A DNA stretch of 64,000 bases from Balanoglossus misakiensis (Eukaryota; Animalia; Hemichordata): assembly GCA_040954595.2 (NCBI GenBank), contig CM082576.2, positions 62,001 to 126,000 on the forward strand. The letters run 5' to 3'. This document shows, piece by piece, positions 40,484 through 53,671 of the stretch (positions are counted from its first letter, which is position 1; the number at the start of each line of letters is the position of its first letter). Made by a program: the position numbers and the translations under genes. Under the pieces are notes generated by a model. The model had not been told where the DNA came from. It saw only the letters and a list, made by a program, of their open reading frames with translations, and ran no database searches.

Positions 40484-43403
40484 ATGGCGACGCTGAAGGA
40501 AGCTGTGTCCATGTACCAACAACTGACAAAAGAATGGGGAAAGAAACCGCCAAACTTGGATAAATGTGGAGAATTTTTGGGAAAGCTAAAGGTATGAGAT
40601 GTGGCTTTCATAATTGCCGAAATTATATCTTAAAATTATGCGCAGTCAGTAAAACGCGCAACAAAGCCTCTCGACACAACAAGAGCAGACCAACACACGA
40701 GTCATGATTCATCAAAAACAACCGGTTTACATTGATTTCTCTTGTGTCGCGAGATTTCTCTTGAGAGTGATTAAGAAAATGGTAGCATAGGAGGCTGCTA
40801 TAGGGAAATTATATATGCGTGGCTTGCAACAGTTTAATTAAACTGTGGGACCATAAAAATACTCTGTAATTTGTTTACAGTCATTATGAACTTGAAGTAG
40901 ATACAAATGTACACAGAGCTGCAGGTGCAGGCATCGCCTCCTTCGGCGGTACAGCAGAGTGGGAAATGGTGGTTAGTTTGGTTCCGCAGTACCTGTTTTT
41001 TTTACCGCGAAAGATTGGTCGGTTTTGTATATGGTTTTGTTTGTACATATGGAAAATGTTTGCATACATTGTCTACCGGCCCTCCCCACCAAATGTTGGT
41101 ACAGTCTGAGTTGCACTGATCTTCATGAAGTTGACAAATTCATTAATGTGATATGACTATCTTCACAGATAATGCTGCTGAATCTGCAGTTTTTACCAAC
41201 AGATGAAAGTGGACCAACAAAACAAGAACTCATCATTGCCCGTAAGTTCTTGTCTAAACATAAAAATAGATATGTCACAGTCTGAAAAGTAAGATGTTCT
41301 CACCGCATTAAAAATTGTTTATTGATGTTGGAATACAGGTACAATTGACCAACCAAACGTGGATAGAAAATGAGAACCACTAGAAGTGTATCAGTGGGGG
41401 CAACCTGGTGTACTCAAGTACCTCCCTGGTAACTCATACCAGACCTATGAATAGTATGATAGCCTATGGGAAAGTTGGTGAAAAGAAATACATGTAGGAT
41501 TTAATGTTTACCAAAAACCTTGCCTTCAGTCACACATAGAGACTGGCTTAACTACTGCATTTGAAATGGGATTATTGTGGAGGCTGAAGGGTGGATATTG
41601 GAAGCAGAGCTAAATGAAATAATCAGCCCTTAAGATGTACTATGTCCCCTTAACTAAGACCATAATTGCTATTTTCTTTGTAGGCGATATTCTTGAAATA
41701 GGAGCACAGTGGAGTATTGCTAAAAAGGAAATACCAGCATTTGAGCGTTACATGGCACAGCTGAAAACCTATTATTTAGATTACCAGTGAGTACATGTAA
41801 TTCCAAATCATTTTCATGCAACAAATGTTCAAGCAATATGAAAAGATATATGAAAAACAGATCTATAAACCATAATTAATCAACAATTGCATTAAATTAA
41901 TGCCATTCACGTACTGATCTGCAGTTAGCAGCATATTCCATAAATCTGTGATACACTCTTGGTTAGTGGTCAAAATTCCCGGAATTTTGAATCTCTAGTC
42001 TTACATTTTTAGAAGGTCATGGAATCACTTTTTCCATCTTTGTCTTGTTCAGGAATGAGCTCCCTGAGTCAGCCTACAGGTACCAATTACTGGGTCTTAA
42101 TTTACTGTGTTTGTTGGCACAGAATAGGTTAGCAGAGTTTCACACAGTAAGTACAAAACTACATACCTTGAAGGAAACAATTCTATATGAATTCTCTGAG
42201 AGTATGGTAACTAATACAATTCTGTGATGATTTTTGAAAAGAAATTCAACTCTCTTTAGATTTAAACAATTGACTGTTTTTATTCAGGAATTAGAACTTT
42301 TACCATCAAAGGAAATTCACAGTAATATTTACATCAAACATCCTGTGTCGATGGAACAGTATCTTATGGAAGGTAGTTATAATAAGGTGAGTATCTCATT
42401 GGTGTTGAACTGCATTAAACTGCTATGATAGACATTGACATTTGGTTATTTCATAGACTCGACCTGATAATGGCTCCTGACTGCAATCTATTGTCTTGGA
42501 CTTTGAAAGTGGTTAACAGACAATTTAAGTTTCTTATTTAGGGCAGTCTGTACTACAGATACCGTGTGATGAGGAATCCAATGCTTTTATTTACCAAAAG
42601 AACGTTAGCTCCAGTCAATTTGCCATTTGACTCTGTGCTGATGTGTATCTGATCTTTTGCTGTCTCTTTTCTTTGTAGGTCTTCCTGGCCAAGGGGAATG
42701 TACCAGCTGATAGTTACAACTTTTTTATTGATATATTGTTGGGTACAATAAGAGATGAAATAGCTGCCTGTGCTGAGAAAGCCTATGAAAAGATCGCATT
42801 CAGTGAAGCTGCCAGGATGCTCTTCTATCAGAAACAGAAGGACATGAAGGCATATGCTGCCAAGGTAAACATTAGTAAAAAGTTTTGGAAACCAATGTAA
42901 TTATTCAGTCTTACATATACATAAGAGAGATTGTCTAAAACTTTAATCATTTTTTATCATATATCCATGAGTCAAGTCCACAAGACTTCGAGTAGGTGTG
43001 GAATGTGTACAAGGTTGTAGACAAAGTCTAAGAAACCCACTCTTGCCTCTCCAGAGGGTGCTGTGTATGACCTGCAAGTGGATTTCACGGACAATGTCTA
43101 ATACGTCATGTTTCAGTGAATGTTAAAAACATGATTGGTGCAGCAGGTATTCTAGGAAGATGTTAAAGTGTAAGGTTTTATTTTGCAACACTTTCCTATG
43201 CTTCCGTGCACTGAGAAGTACTAATGAAAGGACTTCATCTTACGTACTCTGTTTTCATTACTTTGCAGAGGGACTGGATAATAGGCAAGGATAACTATTT
43301 CCACTTTCAGAATGAAGAAAAAGAGACAGAAGAGACAATACCATCAAATACGATTGCACAACAAGCAATAGAATATGCCAAAGAGCTGGAAATGATTGTT
43401 TAG
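40484..43403 (+). CDS. PSMD8: 26S proteasome non-ATPase regulatory subunit 8 (Rpn12), 7 coding exons
   Basis: [14 protein letters not shown]..|..FLPT..ELIIAR|[26 protein letters not shown]|[29 protein letters not shown]|[25 protein letters not shown]|[25 protein letters not shown]|[14 protein letters not shown]. Confidence 0.97.
42556..42651 (+). ncRNA. Candidate intronic box C/D snoRNA in PSMD8
   Basis: Box C GTGATGA (42566-42572), box D CTGA (42638-42641), terminal stem CAGATAC/GTATCTG. No clear C'/D' boxes, and it lies close to the 3' splice site. Confidence 0.3.
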
Positions 43404-45109
43404 ATTTGAATTGCCAGGGTCCTGCAGATAGAATTTGTTATTCTGATGATTCTTGAAAGACCAACATTTGTAGTACAATTTCAGTAATCTTGTGTATACA
43501 GGGAGTCATTTTATCTTGATGATGTGGACACCAAATTGTATGATGATCAAGTGATTGTAAAAGGCCAGGCTGATGCAGATCTAAGCTCAGCATTCTTTTC
43601 ATGTGTCCAACTTTTTTTCAACATACATGTAGTGCAACAGAGCCAGCACCCCATGAATGTTCTTGTGAGAGAACAGGCAGATATAGGGTGGGGAAAACAT
43701 CATGTCTAACTAGTTACAGATGGTAACATAGCAACTTTTTCCCTTTATTATTTTTTGTATGGTAATTTCGTTTTGTGCATCATAAAATTCTTTGGGTTTT
43801 GTAAAGTAAAAAAATTTATCTTCAACATAAATTTCGTGATGCGTCATTCAATCATGTATCCAGGATTCCTCCCATTTCCACAGCATGACAGCTTGTACTT
43901 GGCCCTGAAATCATACAGAACAGGCTAGGCCTTGCCACTTCAGAGCTTACAAAGAAAAAAATTAAAACAAATCACAATCTTGACACTTTTCACTATATTA
44001 GCATTTATTTTTGTATGTAAATACTCTAAAAGATCAAATAATTGTCACTATTACAGAATCTAATCCTCTAAATAAAACAGCCCAAGTGGAGTCTCTCAAA
44101 ACAGAAACAAATACTGCCAATATCATATCTACTTTGCAGTGATTAAATGCGTGCAAAATGACGGATATACTCCACTAATCATGCATGGCAAATCTAGTTT
44201 CAAAGATTATTATTCTATTGAAATAGTTAAAGCCAAACACTATTTTTTGGTTGATCTAATATATCTGAAGGAAGGTAACTTCTGAGTGCTTTATCAAATT
44301 TGACTAGCAGTGGCAATCCTTAAAGCAGTTATGCAAATTCCAGCCTAAAATTCCTCACGCACTGATTCTTCTAAACTGTAGGCAAAAAAAAAAAAAAAAA
44401 TGACAATTTTTACAAAATTGAGAAATGTCTTGGTATCTTAACAAAAGTTTTCAAAAAGACTTGTTTCAACAATTTACAATGTTTTATAAAGAAAAGTACA
44501 TTGTAATATACAAAAAGTCTGATAGCTATTCCTTTCAAAGGCTGCTGACATCTGCGTCCAGAGATAGAACCCCACATCAAGTGTTCCACTGTTTGACTTT
44601 ACCAGTGTTCACTGTGTGATATATTATGCATGGACAAAGATAAAATGGAATATTTGTAGGATGGGTACACAGACACTGAATGTTTGACACGAACACCAGA
44701 TTGGTGCACTTGACAAAGAGTTCTACCTGAACACAGCATGAGATGTGAAGTGGATCACAGACCCACCATGACCATTGACACAATGTAATCACCAGCCACT
44801 ATTATCTCAAATTGCCAAACCTGACACAAGTACCAGCCTTTGAAAATCATGGGGTTTCTTGTTGCTTGGCAACTCGGGGGCTTTCCACTCCACATCTCAT
44901 ATCATCTGACACCAGCATCTACATAGAATATTAGGTAAATAAAAATCACTTTTTCGTCATGCTTTAAATTCTTCAAAATTATTTCTCAATATATTTCACA
45001 CAATAGCAACTACAATGTTTCTATGAATAAGTATAATTATTGATTTTAGCTAGCCACATGAACACCATTTATACCAAACAAGCTGTCTGATATACACTAT
45101 TTTCGGGGG

Positions 45110-46030
45110 AAAAATTCAGGGTACTATGTACCAGTAGATAAAAAGTGTGCAAATTTTTGACCAAGAATTTTGTTAGTGATTTTTTATATCACAGTGCTCA
45201 TTCTTCACAAGAATACATCCTTCATTCAATACAAACATTTCTCTTTAGTTTCTGAATGCATAATCCAACATGCAGAAGTAACAACAGTATAATGAAGTCC
45301 TGATTAATTTTCTGTCGTATAAAAGATGGTGACACAGCCAGTTCTGAAGGGGTTTCTGAAACACGTCTCAATTAAGGTGGCATTGCATGAAAAGTTGTGA
45401 TTTTTGCCAAATTTTACTTTTTTACATAAATCGGTAGGCCTAATACTGACCCACACCCTGACTAATACGTCTTGGCGGAAATGGTGCATAATCACCCCAA
45501 AATAGCACTTTTCTGAATGAGTTCACAGCTTAACAAATAGGTGTCAACAATGCAAATGGCCGTTTTTCTCAGTTTGCATTTTCGCTGCTCTTGACAACTT
45601 CAGACGAAAATAGCTTCGCTATTTTAACTGGGGATTGTGTATGACCCATCCAACAAAACTGTATTTTTGTTAGTCGATAAAGTGTCCCTGGCGGGAATAA
45701 ACTCTGATTCATAAAATACAACTCACCGTGAATTTGATCAAATTTTACTAAAAATCTAACTTTCAAACGCTGTTACTCCTCAATGGAAGCAGACAACGCA
45801 AAACAAAATTACCGTTTTTTTGCACTTGTACTCTAGTTTCGAATGACATACTAAGATGCATGATGCATGGTCAACTTTTTTACCTATTTTAAATTTCATG
45901 ACATAATATCAAAAAAATGTTTTTTTTCACCCAAAATCGCCACCATTTCCGGGGATCAATAATGTTTGCAACTCAAACAAAAGTTCAAAATCTCAGCTTC
46001 CAGAATATATATGGTTTATGGGGGTTTTAA
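45110..46030. repeat. Probable decayed non-autonomous DNA transposon sequence between PSMD8 and PCMT1
   Basis: Compositionally distinct block with more CpG, ending GGGGGTTTTAA. Termini not resolved. Confidence 0.3.
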
Positions 46031-47306
46031 CTTTGTCTTTGATGAGAAATAGGCCTCTGAAAAAGTCTCGACGGTTTCATGCAATGCCACCTTATAACCA
46101 CCTTCAAAGAATGCAACAAGATACCTTGCCCACTCAGATTTACTACCTGGGCATAAATTACATACACACACTGGCTTGAATGTGCAGAACCTGACACAGA
46201 ATTCATAAACTGGGAAGGACATTTTCCCCGAGTAGCCATATACATGTGCAAGGAATGCCAGCTCATTACAGCATATATTTTAGAGTACTTACCTTGTACC
46301 TGGCAAGCAAGGTACATTTACAAATAAACATTGTTTAAGTCACTTTCACAATAATGAGAAAAAATCAAGAAAAAAAGTGTACATAAATGCATGCACAAAG
46401 CAACTATACATGTGCAGCAATAACTTTAAACACATGCACACACACACACACCTTACAATATTGTATAGCTACATGTGTATGAGTGCTGTGAAATTCTCTC
46501 TGTTGCGCTTGTAAACTTGGGACCACTAGATTTCACCCCCAAAAAAGTTGACATTTTTTAATTAAAAATAAACAATAATTTATCAGAGTTGTAAAATTGC
46601 ACTGGACAGGTAACAGAAATTTGGAAGGTATCTTGAAAACCAAATTTACTTTAGAAACATTCACACCAGTTTTCTTTACCATTACTCAAGTTATTGATGT
46701 TCTCCAAATATCAAAAGCAACATAATTCTAAAATTAATATACATATATACAATTGTTGGATCACAAGCAAAACTTTGAGGTTGCACAATACTCCAAGTAT
46801 GGTACATCATATATTCAAAATAAGATTGCCTTTTTGCGTAAATGTGGAGTAAAAGATACACTGTTCCTTTCACTGACATCATGTCTTGTGATAAGTGTTG
46901 AAAGAGAAAGTTCATTGTTGTCTATAGAAGTTTTCAATGTTTTCTCTCATTCAGCATGATCTTAGGTGAAAATATAACATACTACTACTTGCTAAAACCC
47001 ACATTACTATTATTTTTGTGATATATAATAGAACAGCGAAATGAACAATGAAAAAGACCATACATGATAAAGTGATTTCTATCCTTCTATGAGAAAGAGC
47101 ACTGCGAATGCAAAAGCAGTCCAAAACGGCTTGATTATTGATGATAAAATAATTTTGACAATAATGTAAACTTTACACACACTCAATTCTTGGACATATT
47201 TTCTGGTTACTATCTCTATGCAGACTGAGTTGTTGCTAATGGCAAGTTACTGTTGGACTCATAAACTGCTGAAGACAGATAATGACAAGTGGGGGTACAA
47301 ATAAGA

Positions 47307-50300
47307 CTATTTGAACCTTCCAGACCACTGCTTGTCCTTGCTGGTGAGTGGAACATAGATAACACCCATGAGATTTTTCTTCTTGATGGTGCCATCAGCT
47401 TGTTTGTCGTACTGTTCTAACATCTGATTGCCTCCTGCAGGTCCCACAGGGAGTACTAGTCTACCTCCAGGTTTCAGCTGATCCAGTAGCTGCAGGTTGT
47501 CAAAAGAAGTCACAGAGGACAAAAGTAAGAACTCATCTATTTGCTAAGCTTCTTTTACCCAAGTAAATGATGAGTGGACAAAGTCACAGGCACAGAAAGT
47601 ACCGGTACGAATCAACTGCCAGATTTCAGATGATCAAGGTGAAAGTCACAGACTTGAAACAGCACAGATGGCACAAATATAAACATACCCGGTTTTATCA
47701 TATCTCAATAAAGATTCTCAACCAATTCAGTTGTTTGTTGTACCATTAAGCATTTTTATCTTTTTGCTATGTTTCGATGTCTGCCTTGACAAGTGCTCAC
47801 CAAGTGACCAGTTTCTCTTGCAAACGCCCTCTAGCATATCCCCCCCCCCCCAGGGGCAGAGCTTCACAAGTCTATGGGTCTACATGATCACAGGACTTTG
47901 ATACACAATCATACCAAACTAAACAAATTCGCTCCAGTCATTCTATATAATTTACTCAAGACATGTTTTGCTAAAATGTATTTATTATGGCATGAGCCTT
48001 GGGGCAGTCTATATAAGCCTTATAGGATATGTTTTATATCTCGTGTTTTACACAGACAACTCTTCATATAAACTTCATCCCACCTAAATTTACATATTTG
48101 GTCACTACAGGTTATTTTTCAATGTTTATACTCACTGCCTGTGGAACTGTGTCTGCTGCTGCACCAACATGTATGGCATCATATGGAGCACCCGGTTCAT
48201 AACCTTGCCTGCCATCACCAGCTACGAAAAACAAAAACATTCCGGTCACCGCAATGATAATGCACTTCATTGTTTGGTTTATGACAGACAAGTTTCTTTT
48301 TTTTGCATGTTGTTGAAACTTTCTGCAAAATCTGAAAAAAATTGTTTTCCGAGTCTTCTGCCAAAATTTTGATTGATGTATCATGAGAAGACAGTTGGTA
48401 CTTATAGCAGAGCAGACATAGAAAAATCTACCACTTACTGACAAGTGTCAATCTTCCTGACTCAAGGAGATGGTTGTGGGTTCTCTTTACATTGCTTATT
48501 GACCCATCAACCAATTCCTTTATGTGATCTATTCCAACGACTCGACCTTGTTCTCCAACCTGCAATGCAAAGAGAAATCAGTAACTATCCCGTCCCTGAT
48601 GATAAACATACATCATGTTCAGTCACACTCATGGAAACAGCTGTGGAGACAGAGCTTTGATATGAAAGTGTATCACAGCATCATTCTCGCCCCACCAGAC
48701 TACGGATTTCTTTCCAGCGCTGCCGTAAAAGGGCCGTGGTTTGCGACGAAGCACAGCATGTGTAAGGTCATTCAGCAGTCAAGGCCATGCAAAATCATAA
48801 TCTCATTCAACAAATTTTCTGTCTATTTACAAAATGTACTCACAAATTTGTGTACATATGAGGTTGGAAAGACATTCTAGTTGCTAATAAAATAAACAAG
48901 ATCACTGTTCATAAAAAGGACTGTTTTTGTTAATTTCTAATTTTAAAGACTTGATCAAAACCACAAAACATGCTTTATGGTACTTCACTGGGGTTTGAAA
49001 TGTTGCTTACTTTGATGTACACGTTGCCTAGCAAATGTCAGTCACTCTCTTGGTCCATATTTACAGTTTTATATACACATAATTCTCTGAACACATGAGC
49101 AAATATGCCTCACATTTGGTTATTTGAAGAATGTTACATGAAAATATCTCACCATCAGTGCCATACAGACTGTCAAGTAGCCACTGCCAGATCCCACGTC
49201 TAGTGCAGTATTTCCTTCCTTCAGATGTTCTGAGAGTACTTCTAGGGCATGAGCATGCTACAAACATATCCAAAGTGACTTGCTGGTCAACATCATCAAA
49301 GCTTATGGTTTGGCCGAAATTTTAAATTCTACCTATTGATGTACCACTCAGAACTGGTTGGTATATTTGAATATTGTTTAATCATCAGGAGCTTCAGTTT
49401 TGACCATGTTGGTATTCCCAACATGACTGTAGCACATTGCGGAAATGGCTTAAGTTAATACCTGTTTGAAATAACGAATGAAAAGCAGGGCCTCAACAAT
49501 CACATCAAATTTTAGTATGTAGTCACATCATAGAATGATTAAAGTGTTTGAAAAATTATGACTGTTCAGCATACTCACAAATCCATTAAATATACAGTTG
49601 ATTCTTAATTATGCAAGTAACACCCATTGGCCCCTTTTTGCCTTTGGCATATTGACAATAACAATTTCTGTCTGCCCACATTCCACCAAAGATGACCATC
49701 ATTTTAGCAGTCTACTTTCACTTGGTTGAGCCAAGCTGGTAAAAGTTAAAATATGAAAAAATTTTGTTCTGACACATAGCCACCAATGGGGCAGCCTAAT
49801 CAGTCTCTCTATCACACGGTCATGAAACAATGCTTGATGCTAGTTGATATCCTATTTTTAAAGGTGAAAATCACCTTTAAACACCACATGACCAAGACAG
49901 CGAGGTGTTACTCGTTTATTTGCTCATATCACACTCTGTCTCAAGGGATCCTGCTCCGTTTTGTGACTGTGTAATAGAGGGACTGTGGCCTAATGAATGC
50001 TTTGAGGTATGGGGCCAGAGGAGTCGAGTTTTTTAAAAGAATGTTCTTTCATTATATTCTAACTTTGCACCATAAAAAAGGGGATAAGCAAAGTAGTAAA
50101 AATAAAGTGTCTTCCTTTGTACCTACCATATGAGGTGCACTAATTGTAACAGCATAACCTGCAGAGAACAAAACCACAATATGAATGTTTATTCTACAAC
50201 AAAAACTGGGGCACACTTTTATGTCCACAATTATTACCTCAGATTAGCAGAAAGTATGCTCATATTTACCATGTTACCAATTTTCAATCTATAGGATCAA

Positions 50301-53153
50301 CTAGGCCGGCATAGCACATCCAGAACTTCCACACACGAAGTTATGTCGGCCCAGATTTTACGTAGGCCCTGACCCCCCCCCCCCCCCTACCATTACCCAA
50401 CTAAGTCCCCCTGGGCTGACTTAGTACATGTCCACACATTGGTTTTTCTACACTGGCCCACGATCACTCCAGCAAATACTGTAAAATCGGTAATTTTCGC
50501 AAACAGTAAATTTTTGCAAACTTCGCGAGAGCCAAAAATGTGAAAATAAAATGTATTTCGGCAATACCGATACGGTGAAATACGAGAACGCAAATAGTTG
50601 CGTAACAGTTGCCTCTTTTGATATCACGAAAATTTCCTGTCCCGAAAATCTCCCATTTTACATTTTACAGTAGTCATAACAACTTACCGATACTTTGTGG
50701 GGAGTCCATGTATGGATTAAATTTTGAATATGCTCCTCGATCAACAGACATCATGGCATCATAAACATGGGCACTCTTAATGATACCATTTTCTGAAAGA
50801 ATTTTAGTAATAAAAAATGACACAATATAAGAATTCCAATCAATGCGCAAAATGACGACCATAATATATAAAGTTATTTGGGCAATTACAGTAAACAGGT
50901 ACAAGGTTTTCGAGTTTATTTATTTGGGCAACATATCGAACTGAAAATGTTATTACACTTTGACCAAAACAAATTTAACTCTTTGTCAACTTGGTTCACA
51001 GCTCAACTGAAATACTAACGTTTGCTTTACAATAAACGAATTAATGCATAAACCATTTTTTGTAATAAATTGAAAACGGGATCCAAACATTTAGGGCGTT
51101 CTCACTGGCACGTTTACACCGGTGCTACACCGGTGTAGATTTGACACCGACGGAAAAAAACAAGTGAGAACGCTTTACACTGGTGTTGGGCCGGTGTTAA
51201 TTTGCGACGGCGATGGGTGGTGGGTCAGGGCCAGCGCTCCGACGCAAATATGCAGTGAGAACGCAAAGATAAACAAACACCGTTCAAAAGCGCCACCCTG
51301 CAGTGACTTTTGGGTATGTTTATTAGGTATAGCCCATTGTCTTTGGTCAGTTTCCATTGTGAAGTCAATCACACTGGACGCGAGTGGTTTTCAAACCATT
51401 CGCAGTTTGCCAGGTCTGCAACACTTCTGTCTGCTACCAACTTTCAGAAGGTTCTCTCGATCACCGAAAAGCTGAGGCATTTTCCATTTATGGATTAACA
51501 TTCATTTACTTCTAAACATTATCAAAACTGTCACAAAGTCGTCTAGAACGCATATGCAGGTATAGAAACTGAAACATGTTGCTGTAATGTCCTCGACGTC
51601 CTCAATTTTGTTAGTTGCCGTGTTGCTAAACATGACCATTTAGACGGTGTTTATTTCAAAACAGTGGCCAAAAGTTTAGTGTGTGGTCGCACAGAGATTC
51701 TGTGGGCTAATCCCCTGTGTTTGCAGTGAGTAAACACTGGCCCTACACCGGTGTCGAAACTTTTAGTGAGAACAAGACTACTGATACGTCGATACCTCAG
51801 TTCTGTGTCGAAATATTTCTATGCATTGCCCCGCCCACATTTGTAGATTCCGACACTTAAAACAGCTGGGTTGCAGCTAATGAATGATATTGTCTGTCCG
51901 GAACCCAACAGACATCGTCATGCAGAACGAGCAACCCCCGCTAAAATCACTGCACTTGCAGCTATACCTGGATGGGCATGATTGTTATTTACAAATTTCT
52001 CAACTAAAGTGGGTCACTCATAGGGAACTGAGTAATTTTGTTATTGTTGTTGTTGTTGTTGTTAAGATTGGTAATAAAAATTTTAAAAAAATCAATGTTC
52101 ATTTCTTGCTATGTTTGTCGATGTTGTAGATAACTGTAAAAAAAACCCAACCATAATCGTGGAAAACACGACCTAGGTCGCCGAATGTCACTACCGTCTT
52201 ACATACAGGCAAGGGTGGAATCCACATGCCCTGGATCTAGGCTCATGGGCCACCTTCAAGGCCCTGAAAAATCACCCCATTCACCAGCGAGCGATTAAAT
52301 TATGCCACCATAGGCATTGAAATTTATCTCACTGACCTAATTTGGGCTTCACTTCATCTATCGACCTGCAAACGAGTGGAAAAACGGCGATTTCCAAGTC
52401 GTACCCAGTCAAATTCAATCACATTTGAATGACGCGCCCGGTGGTGATGGCTCCATTTCTCTGCCTATTTAAATTGACCAATCGGGCGCCCTGTAAAGGC
52501 TGCCTCGGCCACCGCTCAACTCGTACGAGTACGTGTAACTGCGTTCAAAATAACGCGAAAAAAAGGAGGCGAAACCTTAAGAGTCATACAGATAAATGGA
52601 TACTTCCCAACTTTGTCATAAAATCTACCATTTTACGTCTTGAATACAGTGCAGTCGATAGTCAGAACGTACACTTCCGGGTGTTGCTCGTACGAGTTGA
52701 GCGGTGGCCGAGGCAGCCTTTACAGGGCGCCCGATTGGTCAATTTAAATAGGCAGAGAAATGGAGCCATCACCACCGGGCGCGTCATTCAAATGTGATTG
52801 AATTTGACTGGGTACGACTTGGAAATCGCCGTTTTTCCACTCGTTTGCAGGTCGATAGATGAAGTGAAGCCCAAATTAGGTCAGTGAGATAAATTTCAAT
52901 GCCTATGGTGGCATAATTTAATCGCTCGCTGGTGAATGGGGTGATTTTTCAGGGCCTTGAAGGTGGCCCATGAGCCTAGATCCAGGGCATGTGGATTCCA
53001 CCCTTGCCTGTATGTAAGACGGTAGTGACATTCGGCGACCTAGGTCGTGTTTTCCACGATTATGGTTGGGTTTTTTTTTACAGTTATCTACAACATCGAC
53101 AAACATAGCAAGAAATGAACATTGATTTTTTTAAAATTTTTATTACCAATCTT

Positions 53154-53204
<51 letters not shown>

Positions 53205-53671
53205 AACAAAATTACTCAGTTCCCTATGGGTCACTCACTGATGGAACTGCGACATCATATCAGTACACTAGTGTCGTCGATATGTGTAGACAGCTTTGGC
53301 ACAACGATGCAGATTCTTTGTGTAAATTAGATAATTTATACCACCAACGGAATTTAAAGAAACATGAAAATAACGTGGTACTCCACGCCAACGGAGCAAC
53401 AATGTTTAAACTGCCAGTACACTGTACAGTAACATGACCATCATGTACGTGTACGGGAACACGAACTTACCATTTATGCAAACTACTTACACAAACCAAA
53501 TGTGGTCGATGAAAGTATGCACTTATTCAAAATATATGTTTAAACTTGACATAAAGTTATAACAATGCCGTGAAACAAACGTTTTCTAACAGTTATGTCA
53601 AACTTGTGCAACTTACGTTTTAGTCTGCTGATTAACTGTTCGTGGTTTACTCCAGACGACCTCCACGCCAT
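47307..53671 (-). CDS. PCMT1: Protein-L-isoaspartate(D-aspartate) O-methyltransferase, 7 coding exons
   Basis: [14 protein letters not shown](53617-53671)|[16 protein letters not shown]|[10 protein letters not shown]|[18 protein letters not shown]|[15 protein letters not shown]|[22 protein letters not shown]|[49 protein letters not shown]. Confidence 0.97.
50479..50670. mobile_element. Tc1/mariner-type MITE with TA target duplication
   Basis: TA|CTGTAAAAT ... ATTTTACAG|TA, with internal TTTTCGC/CGAAAAT repeats. Confidence 0.7.
51094..51778. mobile_element. PIF/Harbinger-like MITE in PCMT1 intron 1
   Basis: TTA|GGGCGTTCTCACT ... AGTGAGAACAAGAC; internal AGTGAGAACGC copies and ACACCGGTG palindromes at both ends. 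Confidence 0.6.
52019..53228. mobile_element. Foldback element: 511/542-bp TIRs, 157-bp spacer, TSD (P/Galileo-like or Mutator-like), non-autonomous
   Basis: Arms 52019-52529 and 52687-53228 are reverse complements. Flanking direct repeat GGTCACT (52012-52018, 53229-53235) extends to 9 or 11 bp if the termini are drawn further in. Terminus CATAGGG. Confidence 0.92.
53156..53203 (+). repeat. (CAA)16 microsatellite inside the right foldback arm
   Basis: Direct count; the left arm has (TTG)6. Confidence 0.9.

Noticed and set aside
47259-47316. Alternative PCMT1 end via a roughly 48-nt intron giving ..WSGSSL*, or an RDEL-type exon
   Set aside because: Weak donor and very short intron; no xDEL-coding exon seen downstream.
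52429-52797. 122-aa ORF across the foldback centre (and 52918-53106, 53115-53330)
   Set aside because: By-products of the GC-rich palindrome and CAA repeat; no transposase motifs.
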